Source of the DNA: Candidatus Moraniibacteriota bacterium
GTDB taxonomy: Bacteria; Patescibacteriota; Minisyncoccia; Moranbacterales; UBA2206
Length of the DNA stretch: 64,000 nucleotides
Assembly: GCA_013334765.1 (NCBI GenBank)
Contig: JAAXWW010000001.1
Coordinates: 172,589 to 236,588, forward strand
Direction: 5' to 3'
The notes beneath the pieces were generated by a model. The model saw only the letters and a program-made list of their open reading frames with translations. It ran no database searches and was not told the DNA's origin. This document shows positions 58,132 to 64,000 of this stretch, piece after piece (position 1 is the stretch's first letter; every line of letters begins with the position of its first letter). The position numbers and the translations under genes were made by a program.

Positions 58132-58854
58132 ATGAAATCAAGATTCAAAAGAATATTCGAAAACTCCGCCTATTGGATGGGAGTAATCGTGATGGGGCTT
58201 ATCGTCGGAGTGAGCATCCAATTCGCGAGAGCTTGGGTGGGACCGACTGCCGATGCTCCTAACGGTAATGTAGGAGCGCCGATCAATACCGGTATGATTA
58301 TGCAGTGGAAGGACGGTCTTCTGGGCGCGCTTAGGTTTCAAACTGGAGAGAGTGTTGATAATGGCGACGGGACAGTTGAATCGAGGCTTCGTGTGATTCC
58401 TTCTGTCGCAGGCAAGGATATCGTCGGCAAAGCCCTAGTTGCCATAAACAACGATGGTGATGTGGCTTTTGCGAACTCTGGAACTAGTACCAGTGCGGCT
58501 TATACCTACATAAAATTTCCTCATCAAGGATGGATTATCAATTCTTCGGTTCAGCCCAAATGTCCAGATAGTTTCACTACGATAGCCGAATATAGCACTC
58601 CTCTATGGGGATCTTATAACGCTAGAGCCACGGTCTGTTCTTCAGTGAAAGACCCGGCAGTTTATCCGAAACTGTGTTTCTACTGGAACGGAGGGTGGCC
58701 TTCCAATTGCGCTCCGGTTTGCGACAACGGGTATGACCAGGTCGATGAATACAATTCTTACCTTGCGCAACTTGTAGGATCACAAGGATATGACGGGGAT
58801 TCGAGTCATATGTATTTAGCGGGCATGCATGTAAGGATGTGCCAGAAACGATAA
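58132..58854 (+). CDS. hypothetical secreted/anchored Cys-rich protein
   Basis: N-terminal hydrophobic anchor and 9 Cys in the C-terminal half (CPDSF…CSS…CFYWNGGWPSNCAPVCDNGY…MCQ). No family recognised. Confidence 0.4.
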   Translation: MKSRFKRIFENSAYWMGVIVMGLIVGVSIQFARAWVGPTADAPNGNVGAPINTGMIMQWKDGLLGALRFQTGESVDNGDGTVESRLRVIPSVAGKDIVGKALVAINNDGDVAFANSGTSTSAAYTYIKFPHQGWIINSSVQPKCPDSFTTIAEYSTPLWGSYNARATVCSSVKDPAVYPKLCFYWNGGWPSNCAPVCDNGYDQVDEYNSYLAQLVGSQGYDGDSSHMYLAGMHVRMCQKR

Positions 58855-58886
58855 ATTTCAGGAATGGCTGAATTTAAGTGCCCAAC

Positions 58887-58917
58887 AAAAAAACACGGCG
58901 CAGCGCCGTGTTTTTTT
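58887..58917. terminator. bidirectional Rho-independent terminator
   Basis: A7-CACGGCGC-A-GCGCCGTG-T7. Confidence 0.6.
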
Positions 58918-59173
58918 GTTGGGTTGAAAAAAGACGCGTTTGTTGCTGGATTTACCCAGGGAGGTTTTATCTGCATGTCGATATGAATAATCCAGGTTTG
59001 TTAGCAACCCCGATTGGCAACTTGGGAGGCATCACTTTAATGCTGGAATCCCATGGGGTGATAGCCGGATAGCCGATGCGGATCCATTGAAACGGTTCCG
59101 ATCATGAGAATACAAAGCCCCGCGCTTCATTCGAAGCAGAGAGGCTTTTCGTTCTGTGCTAATATATGGATAT

Positions 59174-59716
59174 ATGGAAGAACTCATAAACATAGCCGAC
59201 GAAAAAGGAAACAGGATCGGTGAAATCGAGAAAATGGAAGCGCACATGAGAGGCGTGCTTCATGAGGCTTTTTCTATTTTCATTTTCAACGATGCTAAAC
59301 AGCTCCTTCTCCAAAGGAGGGCACAGCATAAATATCATTCCGGAGGGCTTTGGACCAATACCTGCTGCAGCCATGCCCGGGTCGGCGAGGAGTTGGAATC
59401 AGCCGCGCACAGAAGGCTTGAAGAGGAGATGGGTTTCGATACGGGGCTTGAAGAAGTTGGAACTTTCATATACAAAACCGATGAGGTAGGAAATAGTCTG
59501 ATTGAGCATGAATTCGACCATATATTCTTCGGGTATGCCGATAGCAATATTCTGATAGCTCCCGATCCGGATGAGGTTTCAGATTGGAAATGGATGGATG
59601 TCGATGATATCAGAAAAGATATCGCAGAAAATCCCGGAAATCATACGGCCTGGTTCAAGATGATTGTTCACAGCGAATATATGAAATTAAATAGGAAATT
59701 GCCAATAAAATCATAA
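59174..59716 (+). CDS. idi: isopentenyl-diphosphate delta-isomerase, type 1 (Nudix fold)
   Basis: 'LHEAFSIFIFN…LLQRRAQHKYHSGGLWTNTCCSHARVGE…RRLEEEMGF'. Start at internal ATG 59174. Confidence 0.8.
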   Translation: MEELINIADEKGNRIGEIEKMEAHMRGVLHEAFSIFIFNDAKQLLLQRRAQHKYHSGGLWTNTCCSHARVGEELESAAHRRLEEEMGFDTGLEEVGTFIYKTDEVGNSLIEHEFDHIFFGYADSNILIAPDPDEVSDWKWMDVDDIRKDIAENPGNHTAWFKMIVHSEYMKLNRKLPIKS

Positions 59717-59766
59717 GATAGTGTATAATGGAGATAAGGGTAATCAATTTCAATTAAAAAAAAGAT

Positions 59767-60090
59767 ATGGGCAAAGAACTAGAACTCACGGATCAGAATT
59801 TCGACGCAGAAGTCATGAGCGGCGACGTGCCGGTGCTGGTTGATTTTTGGGCTCCTTGGTGCGGACCGTGCCAAATGATGGGACCGGTCATTGCCGAATT
59901 GGCTGACGAGGTTGCTGATAAAGCGAAAGTGGCAAAACTGAATGTCGATGCCAATGGAATGACTGCCTCGAAATATGGCATAATGTCCATTCCGTCTCTC
60001 AAGATCTTCAAGGGCGGAAAAGTGGTCAAGGAATTCACCGGCGTGCAAGCTAAAGAAGCTCTTAAGAAGGGATTGGAGGAATTTATGTAA
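59767..60090 (+). CDS. trxA: thioredoxin
   Basis: 'FWAPWCGPCQMMGPV' active site. 107 aa. Confidence 0.9.
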   Translation: MGKELELTDQNFDAEVMSGDVPVLVDFWAPWCGPCQMMGPVIAELADEVADKAKVAKLNVDANGMTASKYGIMSIPSLKIFKGGKVVKEFTGVQAKEALKKGLEEFM

Positions 60091-60166
60091 TCGTACTAGT
60101 ATTCGTCTGCTATATTGAAAAAGTTTCCAGTTATACCGGAAACTTTTTGTTAATAAACGAGTGTCT

Positions 60167-60931
60167 TTATATCTGCGAAAAGAAGAAATATACTGAAAAA
60201 ATGATGAGCATAGCGCCGAAAAGAGCTTGGATGACGCTTGACTTGGTGCGGATGTCCATTTTCGCCCCGATATATGCCATAGGGACGACGCCGATGCCCA
60301 TAGCAGCGCTTCCTGCAAGATCAATGTGTCCGAGGCTATAATGGATAAGGCAGGACGGGAGAATAGTGACAGCGACCACAGAGAGGGATGTCGCGATCGC
60401 TTCCTTGATGTTTATCTTGAAAAATATCACATAGGCCGGAATGAGGAACAGACCGCCTCCGTTGGCAAGCACGCCTGACAAGAAGCCTGCCAGTCCCGAG
60501 ACGGCCGCTATTTTTCCGCCTCGGAGAATATTCTTATCAATGCCTGATTTTCTATATTCGCTCCGTTTCCTTTCGTGGATGCTTTTTGTAATGAAGGATA
60601 TTCCGACGGAAAAAAGAACCACGGCAGTCAGGAGCATCAGTGTTTTTCCGGAAAATAATCCGGATGAAAGCGATCCGGCAAGGATTCCTGGCGTTCCTCC
60701 GATGATGCTGTATATGAACAGTTTACGGTTCACCAGGTGCATTTTCCAATAGGCGGCAAGGGCGATGGTGACAGTCAGAAAAGCGGTCGGAAGCGGAGTG
60801 CCGAGTGCGAGATATGGGGGAAAATGCAGGAATTCCCGAAGAAGCGGCGTGTCGATACTGCTTCCGCCGATACCGAAAAAAGCGGATATGAATCCGGTTA
60901 TGGCTCCGATAGCGATTAATCCCAATGTCAT
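60167..60931 (-). CDS. TauE/SafE-family sulfite exporter-like membrane protein
   Basis: 'LIAIGAITGFISAFFGIGGSSI' TauE repeat. Start at internal ATG 60931. Confidence 0.75.
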   Translation of the reverse strand: MTLGLIAIGAITGFISAFFGIGGSSIDTPLLREFLHFPPYLALGTPLPTAFLTVTIALAAYWKMHLVNRKLFIYSIIGGTPGILAGSLSSGLFSGKTLMLLTAVVLFSVGISFITKSIHERKRSEYRKSGIDKNILRGGKIAAVSGLAGFLSGVLANGGGLFLIPAYVIFFKINIKEAIATSLSVVAVTILPSCLIHYSLGHIDLAGSAAMGIGVVPMAYIGAKMDIRTKSSVIQALFGAMLIIFSVYFFFSQI

Positions 60932-61066
60932 CCGATATTTATTAACCGTTATATTTTTAATTATAACTCGATATCGAGCTTGCGCGCAAAGTTGATTTTT
61001 GTTGTGGAATAGAAGAGAATACATTTATCAAGCTACTCGGTATATTAAATCCATAATCCACAAAAA

Positions 61067-61771
61067 ATGATCCGATTTTTTTCGCAGTTTCCTGAGTTGA
61101 AAGCCGTCATGTCTGAAAAGCAGGACGGTTCCATGAAGATTGTCGAGGACAAGGATGTCTGGGACCGTAACCGGGAAAACCGGGAAGCGTTTTTCGAGAA
61201 AACCGTAATCGATAGCGGTTCGGTTTTCAGCGCCGGATTGGTGCATGGCGGCAATTCAGAAATCGTCAGTCATGGCGGTCGGAAGGTTATTTCCGGAACG
61301 GATGCTTTGGCCACGAAAGAAAAAGGCATATTCCTGTCGATAACGGTGGCTGACTGCGTGCCGGTGTTTTTATTCGATCCTATAAATTCTATCATAGCCA
61401 TCGCGCATGCAGGCTGGAAGGGGACTGTCGGCAACGTGTTGGAAAACACGTTGGAAAATATTTCCAAACTGGGCGGGAGTATCGAAGAGCTGCATGTGGC
61501 GCTCGGTCCGGGGATAGATGTTTGCCATTTCGAAATCAGGAAGGATGTATTGAAAGAATTTTCCGGGCACGAGGAATTTATCATGAAAAAAGAAGGAAAG
61601 ATGTTCGTCGATCTCAAGGGGATAATAACGAAAAAGCTTCTTTTAGCGGGCGTTGCCGGCAGGAATATCGAGAATGACCCGGCATGCACCTATTGCAATG
61701 AAAATCTTTTTTCATATAGGCGGGACAGGGTCGGGTCGATGGTGGCAGTTATCGGGATAATGCCCGAATAG
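61067..61771 (+). CDS. YfiH/PgeF (DUF152, LACC1-like) family protein
   Basis: 'ITVADCVPVFLFDP…AIAHAGWKGT' conserved Cys/His blocks. Confidence 0.8.
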   Translation: MIRFFSQFPELKAVMSEKQDGSMKIVEDKDVWDRNRENREAFFEKTVIDSGSVFSAGLVHGGNSEIVSHGGRKVISGTDALATKEKGIFLSITVADCVPVFLFDPINSIIAIAHAGWKGTVGNVLENTLENISKLGGSIEELHVALGPGIDVCHFEIRKDVLKEFSGHEEFIMKKEGKMFVDLKGIITKKLLLAGVAGRNIENDPACTYCNENLFSYRRDRVGSMVAVIGIMPE

Positions 61772-61811
61772 AAAAGCCCTGCGATATCATCTGATATCGC
61801 AGGGCTTTTTT
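61772..61811. terminator. bidirectional Rho-independent terminator
   Basis: AAAAGCCCTGCGATATCA-TC-TGATATCGCAGGGCTTTTTT, a perfect 15-bp stem. Confidence 0.65.
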
Positions 61812-61816
61812 GAATG

Positions 61817-61888
61817 TTGGGGCGGCAGGATTCGAACCTGCGCATGGGGGCTTCAAAGGCCCCTGCCTTACCGCTTGGCTACGCCCCA
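61817..61888 (-). tRNA. tRNA-Gln (anticodon UUG)
   Basis: 72-nt cloverleaf: TGGGGCGT AGCCAAGCGGTAAGGC A GGGGC CTTTGAA GCCCC CATGC GCAGG TTCGAAT CCTGC CGCCCCA A. It has a U1-A72 pair typical of bacterial tRNA-Gln, U33, anticodon TTG and a GTTCGAATC T-loop. No encoded CCA. Confidence 0.85.
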
Positions 61889-61941
61889 ATTTATTGAAGC
61901 GTGAGACATAAAGATGTGCTTCACGCGGATTTTGTAAGATA

Positions 61942-63621
61942 TCATGCGACGACCTCTCCGCCCATAAGCTCCAAAGCTGAGGATAGAAGGGAGGATTGCT
62001 CGCCTTCCTTACTGTTCTCATCCGCGTTTTCCTCGGCTGGTTTAGGCGCTAAAGACTTGTCCGTTACGATGTCTATCCTTATCTTGGACTTTAGAATACT
62101 ACTAAAAACGTCTTCCACTGTCAAACGATTGGCGGGGTCAGCCAGCTTCTCGCGATAGAACTCATATGCTGTTGCACATGTGATGGTCGAGCCCTCGATT
62201 TTCATCACCTGGCAATTGGAAAGGAGGGCTGAGAGCGAGTGGTTTCTCGGGCGGATGTCGACGAGGAGCCTCTTCCAATTATTCCTGACGTCATCAATAT
62301 CGGGCGCTGTTCCGCTATCAGCAAAATCTGCCGCAATTTCGTTTTCAGTTTCTTTGACGGATTCTTTCGATTTCGCGCTTTTGGAATCGTATGCAGGCGA
62401 AGGTTCTTTGATGATGTTATCAGTCTTTTCTTTTTTTGTTTCCTGTGTTTTGTATTCTTTCTTTTCTTCACGGGCGGGAGCGGGGAAAGTGCGGGTTGCT
62501 TTAATGAAAGCGATTTCCAAGGCCAGCTGCGGAATGAGGAACGCGGATATTTTTCCTTGCGCTTCAAGGATCAGGTTGATGATCTCGATGATTTTCGGAA
62601 GCTCGCTTTTTTGGGCGACCTTGATCATGATTTCCAATTGTTCGCTTGTCATTTTTCTCTTTAAGCCCTGCCCGAGGCTTTCATCGACCAGAAGCAGCAT
62701 GAGTTCGCGCATATATGTCAGAAGGGATTTGGCGAACGTGGTCAGGTCATATCCGTCGGCGACCATCTTGTTGAGATCCGCGATAGCCCCAGTGGTGTCA
62801 TTTTCGATCAATTTCCTGGCAATCATTGAAACGAACTCCCGGTCGGTCGTTCCGAGAATTTCTTTCACTTCTTTGGCGGTCACATTCTTGTCTTCAAGCG
62901 AAATGATCTGTCCCAGCAGGCTTTCCGCATCGCGCATGCCGCCTTCGGCTGAAATGGCGATCATCTCAAGAGCTTCCTTCTCAATCGTGACGCCTTCCTT
63001 CGTTGAGATGGCAGATAGCTTTTCGATGATGTCGTCGATCGGAAGTCGGGTGAAATCGAAACGCTGGCAGCGGGAAATGATCGTTTCCGGAACCTTGTGG
63101 ATTTCGGTTGTTGCCAGGATGAAAATGACGTGAGAGGGCGGTTCTTCAAGGGTTTTGAGAAGAGCATTGAAGGCGCCGCCGGAAAGCATGTGAACTTCAT
63201 CGATGATATATACTTTGTAGCGAAGCGATGTTGGAGGAAGGGAAACTGTTTCGCGAAGCTCGCGGATATTGTCTACGCCGGTGTTAGACGCGGCGTCTAT
63301 TTCGATGATGTCCAGAGATTGTCCGTCAGCTATGCTTTTGCATGATTTGCATTCAAGGCAGGCGTCCGCCTTCGCTTCGCTTCGGCGGATGCTCGCTTCA
63401 GCATCAGCTCCTTCGTCGCTGGCTGAAGCGGCACAGTTGACTGCTTTGGCGAATATCCTGGCGATGGATGTCTTTCCGGTTCCGCGCGGTCCGGTGAAGA
63501 GATAGGCATGGCCGATGCGGCCGTTCCTGATTGAGTTTCCGAGAGTTCTCACGATATGGGCCTGCCCGATGACCTCGGAGAAATTCTTGGGGCGGTATTT
63601 TCTGTATAGGGTGTTTGACAT
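61942..63621 (-). CDS. dnaX: DNA polymerase III subunit gamma/tau
   Basis: 'YRKYRPKNFSEVIGQAHIV…YLFTGPRGTGKTSIARIFAKAVNC…CLECKSC' clamp-loader AAA+ with a zinc module. Start at ATG 63621 (MSNTLYRKYRP). Confidence 0.9.
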   Translation of the reverse strand: MSNTLYRKYRPKNFSEVIGQAHIVRTLGNSIRNGRIGHAYLFTGPRGTGKTSIARIFAKAVNCAASASDEGADAEASIRRSEAKADACLECKSCKSIADGQSLDIIEIDAASNTGVDNIRELRETVSLPPTSLRYKVYIIDEVHMLSGGAFNALLKTLEEPPSHVIFILATTEIHKVPETIISRCQRFDFTRLPIDDIIEKLSAISTKEGVTIEKEALEMIAISAEGGMRDAESLLGQIISLEDKNVTAKEVKEILGTTDREFVSMIARKLIENDTTGAIADLNKMVADGYDLTTFAKSLLTYMRELMLLLVDESLGQGLKRKMTSEQLEIMIKVAQKSELPKIIEIINLILEAQGKISAFLIPQLALEIAFIKATRTFPAPAREEKKEYKTQETKKEKTDNIIKEPSPAYDSKSAKSKESVKETENEIAADFADSGTAPDIDDVRNNWKRLLVDIRPRNHSLSALLSNCQVMKIEGSTITCATAYEFYREKLADPANRLTVEDVFSSILKSKIRIDIVTDKSLAPKPAEENADENSKEGEQSSLLSSALELMGGEVVA

Positions 63622-63731
63622 CATTTTTTCCTTAAAATTCAAAGCGCCGCTTAGGCACTTTCAAAGTCTATTATACATCAAAATATGGGAAACAAAAAAC
63701 TCCCCGAAAGGGGAGTCGTGCGGCTGTTTTT

Positions 63732-64000
63732 TTATCTCTTGAAAACCAGGAATTTGTATCCGATGAAGTTCCAAAGGAGCCCGGCAACAGAGCCGGAGGC
63801 GGCTCCGATGAGCCCCCATTGGTCGGACGAGAGTGCCGTGATGGAATGCCCGACGCCGAAGACGAGAGAAGCGACCACGACATTGATGATGAATCCGATG
63901 ATGCTGACGATGAAGAATTTCGCGAATTCGGATGTCTGGGAATCTCCTTCCTTATGGAATGTCCAGTATTTGTTCCAATAGTAGCTGTTCACATTGGAGA
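63732..64000 (-). CDS. GtrA-family membrane protein (partial, continues beyond window end)
   Basis: C-terminal 'GLLWNFIGYKFLVFK' and 4-TM GtrA-like topology. The N-terminus lies outside the window. Confidence 0.55.
   Translation of the reverse strand, partial: SNVNSYYWNKYWTFHKEGDSQTSEFAKFFIVSIIGFIINVVVASLVFGVGHSITALSSDQWGLIGAASGSVAGLLWNFIGYKFLVFKR

Overview
This window looks like a small, streamlined bacterial genome segment, probably Patescibacteria/CPR-like: roughly 45% GC, compact genes, a class III anaerobic RNR, a hinge-less SMC and a split ComEC. Most of it is housekeeping. The cell-machinery genes are metG, tatD, a complete F0F1 ATP synthase operon (atpZ-like, atpB, atpE, atpF, atpH, atpA, atpG, then atpD and atpC), leuS, glmS, an NRAMP transporter, rlmN, ybeY, dgkA, ftsA, ftsZ, the nrdR-nrdD-nrdG cluster, apbE and comEC. 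They also include rpmF, nusB, rnc, an SMC-like ATPase, rpsP, rplJ, rplL, idi, trxA, dnaX and one tRNA-Gln(UUG). I judge the most interesting region to be an accessory insertion at 3.3-7.0 kb, immediately upstream of the atp operon. It holds an IS481-family IS with 24-bp terminal inverted repeats, then a complete diversity-generating retroelement (DGR). The DGR has a target gene with a C-terminal variable repeat (VR), a 130-bp template repeat (TR) that differs from VR at 9 positions (8 of them TR adenines), an Avd-like four-helix-bundle ORF, and a reverse transcriptase carrying the DGR signature LGNLTSQ. Other unusual items: a ~160-aa Nudix hydrolase domain inserted inside LeuS with AT-rich composition; a uORF that re-encodes the first 13 LeuS codons; a small stand-alone paralog of the NrdD C-terminal Zn-ribbon plus glycyl-radical domain, which could be a GrcA-like spare part for class III RNR; and two G10 homopolymer tracts bracketing the IS/DGR region. 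Also notable are long perfect inverted repeats inside the atp and rplJL operons, an antisense membrane-protein gene splitting the atp operon, and a GC-rich orphan gene. No CRISPR array or rRNA was found.
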